From positions 3,324,532-3,388,531 of the forward strand of contig CBDDPY010000002.1 in NCBI GenBank assembly GCA_965232515.1: a stretch of DNA of 64,000 nucleotides. The letters are read 5' to 3'. The stretch is from Alphaproteobacteria bacterium (lineage in GTDB: Bacteria; Pseudomonadota; Alphaproteobacteria; GCA-2731375). The notes beneath the pieces were generated by a model that saw only the letters and a program-made list of their open reading frames with translations, had not been told where the DNA came from and did no database searches. Positions 1 through 9,551 of this stretch are shown one piece after another (position 1 is the stretch's first letter; each line of letters begins with the position of its first letter). The translations under genes were made by a program, and so were the position numbers.

Positions 1-509
1 GTCGCATGGATCTGATCGATCAAGCTGCCGCCAGCGGCGCACGCATCATCGTGCCGACCGGCGCGCTGCTGGGGCTCGACGCCGTGCGCGCCGCCGCCGA
101 GGGCGAGATCCATGCCGTGACCATGATTACCCGCAAGCCGCCGCGCGGCCTGAAGGGCGCGCCGCATATCGAGAAGCTGGGCCTCGACATGGACGCGGTG
201 ACGGAGCCGATCAAGGTCTTCGACGGTCCGGCCCGCACGGCTGCCGAGGGCTTTCCGGCCAACATCAATGTCGCCGTGGCGCTGAGCCTGGCCGGGATCG
301 GCCCCGACCGGACCACGGTCGAGATCTGGGCCGACCCGACGGTGACGCGAAATACCCACCGGATCCGGGTCGAGGCCGAGGCCGCCCGTTTCGAGATGAC
401 CATCGAAGGCGTGCCGACGCCGGACAACCCGGCCACCGGCCGGCTGACGCCGCTGAGCGTGATCGCCACGCTGCGCGGTCTGGTCAGTCCGTTGCGGGTG
501 GGAACTTGA
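1..509 (+). CDS. L-aspartate dehydrogenase, C-terminal portion (5'-partial, continues upstream of window)
   Basis: 167-aa ORF resembling the C-terminal (DUF108/Asp-DH_C) domain of NadX-type aspartate dehydrogenases; the ORF starts at the window edge. Confidence 0.55.
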   Translation, partial: RMDLIDQAAASGARIIVPTGALLGLDAVRAAAEGEIHAVTMITRKPPRGLKGAPHIEKLGLDMDAVTEPIKVFDGPARTAAEGFPANINVAVALSLAGIGPDRTTVEIWADPTVTRNTHRIRVEAEAARFEMTIEGVPTPDNPATGRLTPLSVIATLRGLVSPLRVGT

Positions 510-519
510 GGGAGACCAA

Positions 520-2208
520 TCAGGCCGCGCGGTCGGCCTCGATCTGGCGCAGCAGCGCCGGCAATTCGTCGGCCGGCACCGGACGGCCGAAATAATAGCC
601 CTGCGCCAGCCGGCAATTGTGCCGGCGCAGGAAGTTCATCTGCTGCCGGGTTTCAACGCCCTCGGCGACGACCTGCAGGTTCAGATTCTCGGCGAGCGAA
701 ATGATGGTTTTGACGATCGCGGCGTCGTTCGGGTCCTCGGTGATATCGTTCACGAACGACCGGTCGATCTTCAGCACGTCGAGCGGGAAGCGCTTCAGGT
801 AGGCGAGCGACGAATAGCCGGTGCCGAAATCGTCGACGCTGATGCGCACGCCGAGATCGCTCAAGCCCTGCAGCATGTGGCGGGTCGAATCGGGGTCGCG
901 CATGACGCTGCTCTCGGTCAGCTCGACTTCAAGACAGTCGGCGTCCAGCCGCGCGTCGTTCAGCGACGCCAGTATCTTGTCCGGCAGGCCGTCCTGGTTG
1001 AACTGATGCGCCGACAGGTTGACGGCGACGCGGAACGCCGGCAGGCCGTCGTCGCGCCAAGTCCGGCACTGCCGGCAGGCGGTCTTGATCACCCATTCTC
1101 CGAGACTTTCCATCAGCCCGAACTCCTCGGCCAGCGGAATGAACTGGTCGGGCGGCACCAGACCGCGCTCGGGATGATGCCAACGGATCAGCGCTTCGAC
1201 GCTGACCACGTTGCCGGTGAGGAGATCGATCTGGGGCTGATAGTGCAGCGCGAACTCGCGCCGCTGGATCGCGCCCTGCAGCGCGAAGGCAAGGCCGAGG
1301 CGCCGGTTCGACTCGGCATTCATGTCCGGCCGATAGAACATGTAGCGGTTGCCGCCCTGGCGCTTGGCCTGATACATCGCCGCGTCGGCGCACTTGATCA
1401 GCTCGTCGGCATTGTCGCCGTCGGTCGGATAGACCGCGATGCCGATGCTGGGCGAGACCGTGAACCGGTCGTTGCCGATCCGGATCTGCTCGGACAGCTG
1501 CGCCAGGGTCTTTTCGGCGATGCGGCCGGCCGTGACGGGCTTCGCCAGGTTGGCGACGACGGCGACGAACTCGTCGCCGCCAAGACGCGCGACCGTGTCG
1601 CTGTTCCGCAAACCATCGGACAGGCGGCTGGCCACGGTCTTCAACAGCCGGTCGCCGGCCTGGTGCCCCAGGGTATCGTTGATCATCTTGAAGCGGTCGA
1701 GATCGAAGAACAGAACCGCCAGCCGCTCGTCATAGCGTTTCGCGTGATTGATGGCCTGGGCCAGACGATCGTAGAGCAGCAGCCGGTTCGGCAGGCCGGT
1801 AAGCGGATCGTAGTAGTTCTGATCGGATCGCGTGATGGCGCAGCCGATGGCCGTCGCCAGGCGGTCCGGCACGCCGATCTCGGCGGCCAGCACGAAGTCC
1901 TGCACACCCTGCCGGACCAGCTCGACCGTGGTGATCGGATCGAACCGCTCGGTCAGTACCACCGTCGGCAGGCCGGGCGCGACGGTCTTCAGCGAGGCCA
2001 GCTCGGCATGCATTTCCGATCCATCCTCGGCGCCGATGACAACGGCGTCATAGCCGCCGGCGGCGAGCGCCGGCTGGTACGAGGCCGCCAGGCGCGGCGT
2101 ATGGACGAGGTCGAAGGTGCCGCCGCCAAGCACGGCTTTCGCCGCGCTCGCGAGATTTGCCTCGGGCGCAACCAACAGAACCTTGATCGCGTTCAAATCA
2201 GAGCCCAC
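520..2208 (-). CDS. REC-like / GGDEF / EAL cyclic-di-GMP signalling protein
   Basis: N-terminal receiver-like fold (VLLVAPE, degenerate). GGDEF domain (RLGGDEF motif). EAL domain (EALIRW, DDFGTGYSS motifs). Confidence 0.85.
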   Translation of the reverse strand: MGSDLNAIKVLLVAPEANLASAAKAVLGGGTFDLVHTPRLAASYQPALAAGGYDAVVIGAEDGSEMHAELASLKTVAPGLPTVVLTERFDPITTVELVRQGVQDFVLAAEIGVPDRLATAIGCAITRSDQNYYDPLTGLPNRLLLYDRLAQAINHAKRYDERLAVLFFDLDRFKMINDTLGHQAGDRLLKTVASRLSDGLRNSDTVARLGGDEFVAVVANLAKPVTAGRIAEKTLAQLSEQIRIGNDRFTVSPSIGIAVYPTDGDNADELIKCADAAMYQAKRQGGNRYMFYRPDMNAESNRRLGLAFALQGAIQRREFALHYQPQIDLLTGNVVSVEALIRWHHPERGLVPPDQFIPLAEEFGLMESLGEWVIKTACRQCRTWRDDGLPAFRVAVNLSAHQFNQDGLPDKILASLNDARLDADCLEVELTESSVMRDPDSTRHMLQGLSDLGVRISVDDFGTGYSSLAYLKRFPLDVLKIDRSFVNDITEDPNDAAIVKTIISLAENLNLQVVAEGVETRQQMNFLRRHNCRLAQGYYFGRPVPADELPALLRQIEADRAA

Positions 2209-2365
2209 TAACCCACAAAAAGAGACGCCACCCCCGCGAGCGGCTCCATGATGGCAGTCATGGGTTACGGGTTCGTATACCGCCGTTAACCATGACCGGG
2301 GTCCTGAAGGCCGGCGCAGCGACCGCCGGCTAGGAAATCGGTCCGGTTAGATCGTGACTTAAGCC

Positions 2366-3139
2366 CTAGGCCCGGTCGCCGAACTGACGGCGCAGCTTGC
2401 GCATGCCGCCGAGCCAGCGGTCATAGTCCGCTGTCTTGTGCTGCATGTAGCCCAGAACCTGCGGATGCGGCAGCACCAGGAAGCGCTCCTCGGCCAGCGC
2501 CTCGATCACGGTGTCGGCCAGTTGCTCGGGCTCGATCATGCCGTCGATGCCGGCGACGCCGCCCTCCTCCAGGCCGGCCGTCATCGCCGTGCGCACCGCC
2601 TGCGGGCACAGGATCGACACCTTGATGCCGTCGTCGCCATGGGCGATCGACAGCCATTCGGCGAAACCGACCGCGGCATGCTTGGTGGTCGAGTAGGTCG
2701 ACGAGCCGACATGGCTCAGCAGGCCGGCGGCCGACACCGTGGTCATGAAATAGCCGCCGCCACGCCCGGCCATACGCGGCACCACCGCCCGTGCCGCATA
2801 GATATGCCCCATCACGTTCACGGCCCAGCACTTCTGCCAGTCGGCCTCCGACGTCTCCAACCCGCCGCCAATGGCGATGCCGGCATTGGCGCAGAACAGG
2901 TCGATCGGCCCGACCTCGGTCTCCGTCAGCTCGACCAGCCGGGCGACGTCGGCCTCGACCCCGACATCGGCCGGAATTGCGATACCGCCGATCTCGTCGG
3001 CGACGGCTTGTGCGCCTTCAGTATCGATGTCGCTGACCACGACCCTGGCCGCCCCTTCGGCGACAAACCGCCGCGCCAACGCGCGGCCGATGCCGCTCGC
3101 GCCTCCGGTGACGACGGCGATCTTGTTGTCCAACTGCAT
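2366..3139 (-). CDS. SDR family NAD(P)-dependent oxidoreductase
   Basis: TGGASGIG Rossmann motif and a YxxxK-type catalytic region. 257 aa. Confidence 0.85.
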   Translation of the reverse strand: MQLDNKIAVVTGGASGIGRALARRFVAEGAARVVVSDIDTEGAQAVADEIGGIAIPADVGVEADVARLVELTETEVGPIDLFCANAGIAIGGGLETSEADWQKCWAVNVMGHIYAARAVVPRMAGRGGGYFMTTVSAAGLLSHVGSSTYSTTKHAAVGFAEWLSIAHGDDGIKVSILCPQAVRTAMTAGLEEGGVAGIDGMIEPEQLADTVIEALAEERFLVLPHPQVLGYMQHKTADYDRWLGGMRKLRRQFGDRA

Positions 3140-3258
3140 GACGATCCCTTCCCGAATTCAGCGGCTGACAAAGACTGACCGAGCTTACCAGCACGGCATA
3201 GTGACGGGACCACATCAAATGCCTTTGGCCATATCAAGGTTGTAAGATTTGTCTATTT

Positions 3259-3273
3259 TGTCTAAATTAGACA
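3259..3273. promoter_or_regulatory. putative TA-operon operator: 15-bp perfect palindrome TGTCTAAATTAGACA, with an extra TGTCTA half-site at 3250-3255
   Basis: Perfect inverted repeat about 20 bp upstream of the antitoxin start. Typical position for autoregulatory Phd/YefM operators. Confidence 0.45.
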
Positions 3274-3295
3274 GCGACGAATGATGGAGTCTGTC

Positions 3296-3547
3296 ATGCG
3301 CTATGTATCCGCGACGGAAGCAAAGCAAGCCCTGGCCGCCGTCCTCGACGCGGCGCAACACGAGCCCGTCGTCATCCAACGGCAAAAACGAGATGTGGCC
3401 GTGATGCTGTCGGTCCAGGAATACGAGAAGCTGACGGCACTCAATGTCGCGGAATTCAATCATTTCTGCGACCGTGTCGCCGAACAGGCTGCCGCGCGCG
3501 GACTAACGGAAGAAAAGCTCGCCGAAATCCTCGGCGACGATGCCTAG
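3296..3547 (+). CDS. type II antitoxin, Phd/YefM family
   Basis: N-terminus MRYVSATEAKQAL is typical of Phd/YefM. GGAG Shine-Dalgarno 7 nt upstream of the ATG at 3296; ORF-track start 3281 is the alternative. Overlaps the downstream toxin gene by 8 nt. Confidence 0.7.
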   Translation: MRYVSATEAKQALAAVLDAAQHEPVVIQRQKRDVAVMLSVQEYEKLTALNVAEFNHFCDRVAEQAAARGLTEEKLAEILGDDA

Positions 3548-3956
3548 CACGCGCATTGTTGTCGATACCGGAGTCCTGGTCAGCCGGCTGCTCTTGGCCA
3601 ATTCGCTACCAGCGCAAGCTGTACACAAAGCCATCGAGAATGGCCGACTGCTTGTATCAGAAGCAACAATGATGGAATTGGCCGACGTTCTCGGCCGCAG
3701 CAAATTCGACGCTTACATTTCGTTAGCCGACCGACAGCAATTCATTCGGTTGCTCGGCCGGATCGCCGAATTCGTAACCATCCTGCGGCCTATCAGGGCT
3801 TGCCGCGATCCAAACGATGACAAGTTTCTAGAAGTGGCTGTGAACGGCGAAGCCGATCTTGTCGTCAGCGGTGACCAAGATCTCCTCACGATGCATCCGT
3901 TCATGAGCATCCCGATCCTAAGTCCGGCCGACTATCTGAAAACACCGGAGAACTGA
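3540..3956 (+). CDS. PIN-domain toxin (VapC-like)
   Basis: 138 aa with conserved acidic residues (IVVDTGV ... EVAVNGEADLVVSGDQDL), characteristic of PIN ribonuclease toxins. Translationally coupled to the antitoxin. Confidence 0.65.
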   Translation: MPSTRIVVDTGVLVSRLLLANSLPAQAVHKAIENGRLLVSEATMMELADVLGRSKFDAYISLADRQQFIRLLGRIAEFVTILRPIRACRDPNDDKFLEVAVNGEADLVVSGDQDLLTMHPFMSIPILSPADYLKTPEN

Positions 3957-3959
3957 TCG

Positions 3960-5507
3960 CTATGGCCGCATGTGGAAGGCCGACGGACCTGGGGTGCGGA
4001 GGGGGGCGGCGAGGTTGGCGAATTCGCAGAGCAGCGGCCGGGTGTCGCGGGGATCGATAAGTTCCTCGACCAGGAAAGTTTCGGCCGTGCGGAAGGGTGA
4101 GCGGACCTGCTCCATCTGGGCCTGGATCTCGGCCAGCAGCTTGTCGGGGTCGTCGGACGCCTCCAGGTCGGCGCGGTAGGCGGCCTCGATGCCACCCTCC
4201 AAGGGTAGCGACCCCCAGTCGCCGGACGGCCAGGCGTAGCGGTATTTCAGCCGTGAGGCGTTCGAGTGCGCGGCGCCGGCGACGCCGAAGACCTTGCGGA
4301 CGATCACCGAGCACCAGGGCACGGTCGCCTGGTAGACGGCGGCCAGCGCCCGGGCGCCATGCCGGATGGTGGCCGCCTTCTCGCCGGCGACGCCGATGAC
4401 GAAACCGGGATTGTCGACCAGATGCACGACCGGCAGGTGGAAGGTCTCGGCGAGATCGATGAACCGCGTCGCCTTGTGCGAGGCCTCGGCCGTCCAACCG
4501 GCGGCGAAATGGTAGGGGTCGCCCGCCAGCACTGCGACGGGCCAGCCGTCGAGCCTGGCGAGGCCGGTGATCAACGGCCGGCCATAGAGCTTGCCGATCT
4601 CGAAAAACGAGCCCTGATCAACCACCGCGTCGATGATGCGCCGCATCTTGTAGGGCTTGCGCCGGTCCCGCGGCACCGCTTCGATCAGCCAGTCTTCGCG
4701 CCGGCCGGCATCGTCGGTCACTTCGCCACGTAGTGCGACCTCGTGCACGGATTGCGGCAGATAGGACAGGAACCGGCGGGTGCGCTCGAAGGCTTCTTCC
4801 TCGCTGTCGACCACATCGTCGATGGCACCGTTGCGGGCATGGATGTGGGCGCCCCCGAGTTCTTCCTTCGTCACAGGTTCGCCGAGCCGCGCCACCACCG
4901 GCGGACCGGCGACAAAGACCTGCGAGATGTCCTTGACCATCAGGGAATAGTGGCTGGTGACGGCGCGGGCGGCGCCCAGGCCGGCGACCGAGCCGAGCGC
5001 CAGCGCCACGACCGGAACCGTGCCCATGTTGGCGACGACCCAGTCCCAGCCTGGATTGGCCGGCACGTAGGTATAGCCGTCCATCAGCAGCGACTTCACC
5101 GAACCGCCGCCGCCGGTGCCGTCGACCAGACGCACGATGGGCAGGCGCAGCTCGTTCGCCATCTGCTCGGCGATGACCTGTTTTTCCCAGATCGAGGCGT
5201 CGGCCGCGCCGCCGCGCACGGTGAAATCATCGCCGCCGACCACGACCGGCCGGCCGTCGATCCTGCCGCGGCCACAGACGAAATTGCTCGGCTGCAGATC
5301 GACCAGGTTGCCCTCGGCGTCGTATTCGGCCCGGCCGGCGACAGCGCCGACCTCGTGGAACGAGCCGGCATCGAGCAGCCGGTCGATGCGCTCGCGCACC
5401 GTTAGCTTGCCGCCGTCGTGCTGGCGCTTGACCTTCTCCGGCCCGCCCATGCGGCGGGCCAGCGCCTCGCGCCGGCGCAGCTCCTCGATCTCCTTTTCCC
5501 AGCTCAT
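3960..5507 (-). CDS. acyl-CoA carboxylase carboxyltransferase subunit (propionyl-CoA carboxylase beta-like)
   Basis: 515 aa with a carboxyl-transferase domain signature across the whole length. Confidence 0.85.
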   Translation of the reverse strand: MSWEKEIEELRRREALARRMGGPEKVKRQHDGGKLTVRERIDRLLDAGSFHEVGAVAGRAEYDAEGNLVDLQPSNFVCGRGRIDGRPVVVGGDDFTVRGGAADASIWEKQVIAEQMANELRLPIVRLVDGTGGGGSVKSLLMDGYTYVPANPGWDWVVANMGTVPVVALALGSVAGLGAARAVTSHYSLMVKDISQVFVAGPPVVARLGEPVTKEELGGAHIHARNGAIDDVVDSEEEAFERTRRFLSYLPQSVHEVALRGEVTDDAGRREDWLIEAVPRDRRKPYKMRRIIDAVVDQGSFFEIGKLYGRPLITGLARLDGWPVAVLAGDPYHFAAGWTAEASHKATRFIDLAETFHLPVVHLVDNPGFVIGVAGEKAATIRHGARALAAVYQATVPWCSVIVRKVFGVAGAAHSNASRLKYRYAWPSGDWGSLPLEGGIEAAYRADLEASDDPDKLLAEIQAQMEQVRSPFRTAETFLVEELIDPRDTRPLLCEFANLAAPLRTPGPSAFHMRP

Positions 5508-5544
5508 GCCACGCCCCTCCCCGACCGCCGCAAAATTGTTGTCG

Positions 5545-6783
5545 TTATTCGGCCGCCGTCTTCGCGGCCTCGCGTTCGGCCAGCTTCAGATAGCCGTCGC
5601 GGGTCTGCGGCAGCTTGCGGTCGAGGATGCGGCCGGCGACCATGGTGCGCAGCACCTGCGCCGTACCGCCGCCGATGGTGAACATGCGCGCGTCGCGCAC
5701 CATGCGCTCGACGGCGTTGTTCCGCGAATAGCCGGCGGCGCCGAAAATCTGCAGCGCGTTGTTGCTGATCTCGATGGCCGACTCGGACGCGAAGATCTTC
5801 GCCTGGGCGGCCTGCAGCGGATCCGGGAACCCGTCGACGGAACTGCTGGCCGCCTTGTGGATCAGGGCCCGGCCGGCGGCGAGCTTGGTGCTCATGTCGG
5901 CCAACATCCATTGCAGGCCTTGGAATTCGCAGATCGGCCGGCCGAACTGCTCGCGCCGCTTGGCATAGTCGAGGGCGATCTCGTAGGCGCCCTGGGCCAG
6001 GCCAAGCGCCACGGTCGCGGCGCCGACCCGCTGGCCGTTATAGGCCGTCATCAGGTCGGCGAAGCCCTTCTTCAGGCCGCGCGGCGGCAGCACCAGCATC
6101 GATGGTGGCAGCTCCATGTCCTCGAAGAACACCTGCGCTTCCGGGATGCCGCGCAGGCCCATGGTCGGCTCGCGATCGCCGATCCGGAGCCCCTCGGTCT
6201 CGTCGCGCACGGCGATGAAGCCGCCGATGCCCTCTTCCTCGCCATTCTCGTCGAACACGCGGGCGAAGATCAGGTGCAGCCGCGAGACGCCGCCGCCGGT
6301 GATCCAATGCTTGGCGCCGTTCAGGACATAGCGGTTGCCGCGCTTGTCGGCCCGCGTGGTCATTTCCGTTGCCGCGCTGCCGGCTTCCGGCTCGGTGATG
6401 CAGATCGCCGGCTTGTCGCCGGCCAGCACCAGGTCGGCCGCCAGCCGCTTCTGCTCCTCGCTGCCATAGGCCATAACTGCGCCGATGGCGCCCATATTGG
6501 CCTCGACGGCGATGCGGCCCGAAACGCCGCAGACTTTCGCCATCTCCTCAATCACCAGCACCGAATCCAGATAATCGAGGCCGGGGCCGCCATAGGCCTC
6601 GGGTATCGTCATGCCGAAGAAACCGGCCTCGTTCAGCGCCTTGACGTTGTCCCAGGGGTATTGCTCGCTGCGGTCGACATCGGCCGCCCGCCCGGCGATC
6701 TCACCCTGCGCCAGTTCGCGCGCCCGGGCCTGGATTTTCTGGCGCTCGGGGCTGAGTTGGAAGTCCATCGGCATGTTTCCCAT
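5545..6783 (-). CDS. acyl-CoA dehydrogenase
   Basis: ACAD N-terminal, middle and C-terminal domain motifs. Start probably at the internal Met of MGNMPMDFQ; the ORF track extends to 6861. Confidence 0.85.
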   Translation of the reverse strand: MGNMPMDFQLSPERQKIQARARELAQGEIAGRAADVDRSEQYPWDNVKALNEAGFFGMTIPEAYGGPGLDYLDSVLVIEEMAKVCGVSGRIAVEANMGAIGAVMAYGSEEQKRLAADLVLAGDKPAICITEPEAGSAATEMTTRADKRGNRYVLNGAKHWITGGGVSRLHLIFARVFDENGEEEGIGGFIAVRDETEGLRIGDREPTMGLRGIPEAQVFFEDMELPPSMLVLPPRGLKKGFADLMTAYNGQRVGAATVALGLAQGAYEIALDYAKRREQFGRPICEFQGLQWMLADMSTKLAAGRALIHKAASSSVDGFPDPLQAAQAKIFASESAIEISNNALQIFGAAGYSRNNAVERMVRDARMFTIGGGTAQVLRTMVAGRILDRKLPQTRDGYLKLAEREAAKTAAE

Positions 6784-6920
6784 TCTGTCCGGTGTGCGGG
6801 TGAGAGTATGTTGCGACGCCGGGCCAAGACAAGGTGGGCCCGACGCAGGTGGCCGGGACATTCTACGGCGAAATGGCTTAAGTTCGAGCCTTGGCGTATG
6901 GCATACGGGAGGAAGCTTGC

Positions 6921-8309
6921 ATGCTGACGGACGTTCGGGGCCTGGAGGTGACGGCCGACAACGAGGCCGCGGTGGGCCATCTCGACGACACGATTACGCA
7001 CTATGCCGGCTTCAAACTCGATACCGGGGCGCACCTGAAGCAGGCGCTGACCGCCGATCCCGACATGGCCATGGGCCTGATCGTTCGCGGCTACTTCATG
7101 AAGCTGTTCGCCATGCCGGCGCTGGAAGTGAAGGCGCGGCAGAGCCTGGAGAAGGCGGAAGCGTCGATCGAGAGCCGCGGCGGCAGCGAGCGGGAACGCC
7201 GGCACGCCCGCGCGCTACGCGCCTGGTGCGACGGCGACGAGCGGTTGGCGACGGCGGTCTGGGAGGAGCTGCTGCTGCACGATCCGCTCGACCTGATGGC
7301 CCTCAAGCTCGCCCACTACACGCACTTCTATTTCGGCGACAGCCGCAACATGCGGGATTCCGTCGCCCGGACCTCCTGGGCCTGGACGCCCGACACGCCG
7401 GGCTACGGCTTCGTCCAGGGCATGTACGCTTTCGGCCTGGAAGAAGCCGGCAACTACGCCGATGCGGAAGCCGCCGGCCGGCGCGCGGTCGAGATCAACC
7501 CGGCCGACGTCTGGGCCGCGCATGCGGTGGCGCACGTGATGGAGATGCAGGGCCGGCACCGGGAGGGCATCGCCTGGATTGACGGCTTGGCCGACAACTG
7601 GAATGACGTGCACAACTTCGTCTTCCACGTCTGGTGGCACAAGTGCCTCTATCACCTGGAGCTTGGTCAATACGACGCGGTGCTCGCGCTCTATGACAAC
7701 AAGGTCCGCGCGGAATCGACCGACGACCTGCTCGATATCAGCAACGGCGCCGCTATGCTCTGGCGCCTCGAAGATGCCGGCATCGATGTCGGCGACCGCT
7801 GGACCGAGCTTGCCGACCGGGCGGCGACGCATGTCGACGACCATCTGCTGTTCTTCGCCGATGCGCACTATTTCCTGGCGCTGGCTGCCGCCGGCCGCGA
7901 CGACGAGGCCGCGGCGATGCTGGCCTCACTGAAGGCCGCGGCGGACCAGGCCGGAACCGACCAGGAGCAAGTCATTGCCGATGTCGGCGTGCCGCTGTGC
8001 GAGGGTATCGCGGCGTTGCGCCGCGCCGACTACGGCCGCGCCTGCGACCTGCTGCTACCGCTGCGCTACCGGCTCGATCCGGTCGGCGGCAGCCACGCCC
8101 AGCGCGACCTGTTTCAGCAGATGCTGATCCAGGCGGCCCTGCGCGGCGGGCGTCTGGAACTGGCGCGTACGCTGCTGGCGGAACGCACGGCGCTGAAGCC
8201 CAACAGCCCACCAGCTTGGCGCAACTACGCCGCTGCGCTCGACGGCTTGGGCGACGCCGCCGGCGCGGCCAACGCCCGCGACCGGGCGGACTCGCTGCTG
8301 GCGGCCTGA
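6921..8309 (+). CDS. tetratricopeptide-repeat protein, TTC38-like
   Basis: About 460 aa of helical-repeat protein resembling the bacterial TTC38 family. GGAGG Shine-Dalgarno 10 nt upstream of the ATG at 6921. Confidence 0.55.
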   Translation: MLTDVRGLEVTADNEAAVGHLDDTITHYAGFKLDTGAHLKQALTADPDMAMGLIVRGYFMKLFAMPALEVKARQSLEKAEASIESRGGSERERRHARALRAWCDGDERLATAVWEELLLHDPLDLMALKLAHYTHFYFGDSRNMRDSVARTSWAWTPDTPGYGFVQGMYAFGLEEAGNYADAEAAGRRAVEINPADVWAAHAVAHVMEMQGRHREGIAWIDGLADNWNDVHNFVFHVWWHKCLYHLELGQYDAVLALYDNKVRAESTDDLLDISNGAAMLWRLEDAGIDVGDRWTELADRAATHVDDHLLFFADAHYFLALAAAGRDDEAAAMLASLKAAADQAGTDQEQVIADVGVPLCEGIAALRRADYGRACDLLLPLRYRLDPVGGSHAQRDLFQQMLIQAALRGGRLELARTLLAERTALKPNSPPAWRNYAAALDGLGDAAGAANARDRADSLLAA

Positions 8310-8314
8310 GCGCC

Positions 8315-8548
8315 ATGGCCTCGGGACCACGCTACCGGGACGTGATCCTCGGCAACAACCTGGCCGAGACCCAGGCGCTGAACAGTCCCGAGCGGCACGC
8401 CGGCGAGGACGCCAAGGCGGCCGTGGCGCGGGCCAACGACCTGGCGCGGATGGCGGCCAACCGGCGCCGGTTCCGCATCGCGGTCCTCGGACTGATTGCG
8501 GCGATCGCGCTGATCGGCCTCGTGGTGCGGTTGCTCGAAGCTGGTTAG
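8315..8548 (+). CDS. small hypothetical membrane-anchored protein (77 aa)
   Basis: In-frame ATG inside ORF 7997..8548, with a C-terminal transmembrane helix (IAVLGLIAAIALIGLVV). Weak call. Confidence 0.3.
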   Translation: MASGPRYRDVILGNNLAETQALNSPERHAGEDAKAAVARANDLARMAANRRRFRIAVLGLIAAIALIGLVVRLLEAG

Positions 8549-9492
8549 ACCGCGGCTTCGCCGTAGTAGAGCTGCACCACGTGCTGCGCTTGGGCAAAGA
8601 ACAGCCAGCGCTCGATGACCACGCCCAGACCGGCCGACAACGCGGCGAGCACGGCCAGCACGTTGGCGACGGGCGGCGTCAGCAGCAGCACCAGCATGGT
8701 CAACAGCAGCGGCAGGGCGAAGGCGAAGAACAATGTCAGGCTGCGCAGCCGGGACGCGTGCTTGCGGGCGACGCGATAGCCCATCTCCTGCTGCAGGTAG
8801 TTGGCCTCGGTATGGGGCGCGTCGAGCAGGCGCACCCGGCCGAGGCCGCCAAGACCGGTCGCCGTCTCGGCCGTCGCAACCGGCTCCGCGGCATCGGTCG
8901 CGCGCCAATAGGCCGCCTTCAGCAGCCAGGCCAGCAGGATGGCGATGACGGCCAGCAGGTTCATTCCGATCAATTCGTGTCCGAACAGCCGCAGCAGGGC
9001 GTCGGCCCAGATCGCGCCCGTCATCAGCGCCAGGGCCAGGTAGACCGGCGTCACCAGCGGATGGTGCCAGCGGGGGATGGCCGCGAGCGAGGCGTAGATC
9101 ATGCCGGTGCAATAGACCGTCAGCACCGCCCCGATGACGCTCAACAGGCCGCAGAGCGCCCAGAAGCCGTCGTTGCGCTCAAGAAACACCCAGCCGATGC
9201 CGAACAACGCGGCCGGCACATAGGTGACGAGCGCCGCCGCGCCCTCGCGCGACAGCCAGGATGAGCGCCACTGCGAAATCGCCCGCCAGGCGCGCTCGGG
9301 ATGGCCCAGGTGAAAGGTCGAGGACAGCAGGCCGAATGTAATCAGTCCCAGCGCCAGACCCAGGCCGGTGAAGCCGAGCCAGCGCTCGGCCGGAACCACG
9401 CCCAGCGCCGCCGCCACGGCCAGCACCGCCAGCAGGCCGTAGCCCAGGCCAGAGGCCGTCGTGAAGATAATGACCGAGAACGCGGGATGCAC
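8545..9492 (-). CDS. molybdoenzyme membrane anchor subunit, DmsC/NrfD-like (SoeC-like)
   Basis: 315 aa, polytopic (about 8 TM). Resembles the DMSO-reductase anchor family and sits downstream of the 4Fe-4S and molybdopterin subunits. Confidence 0.7.
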   Translation of the reverse strand: MHPAFSVIIFTTASGLGYGLLAVLAVAAALGVVPAERWLGFTGLGLALGLITFGLLSSTFHLGHPERAWRAISQWRSSWLSREGAAALVTYVPAALFGIGWVFLERNDGFWALCGLLSVIGAVLTVYCTGMIYASLAAIPRWHHPLVTPVYLALALMTGAIWADALLRLFGHELIGMNLLAVIAILLAWLLKAAYWRATDAAEPVATAETATGLGGLGRVRLLDAPHTEANYLQQEMGYRVARKHASRLRSLTLFFAFALPLLLTMLVLLLTPPVANVLAVLAALSAGLGVVIERWLFFAQAQHVVQLYYGEAAV

Positions 9493-9551
9493 GGCGTTAC
9501 AGCAGCAAACTTGACGAGCTGGACGGACGGATCATAAGCACTACCACCGTC

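Noticed and set aside
619-2211. 530-aa plus-strand ORF fully antisense to the GGDEF/EAL gene
   Set aside because: Arg/Ala/Gly-rich with no domain signature. Typical GC-driven antisense open frame; the minus-strand gene has clear GGDEF and EAL motifs.
6862-6920. GTTCGAGCC T-loop-like sequence in the intergenic region (possible tRNA)
   Set aside because: No acceptor stem, D-arm or anticodon stem could be folded around it. No tRNA-like structure found anywhere in the window.
5116-6927. 603-aa plus-strand ORF antisense to the carboxyltransferase and acyl-CoA dehydrogenase genes
   Set aside because: Low-complexity, spans two well-supported minus-strand genes, and has no motifs.
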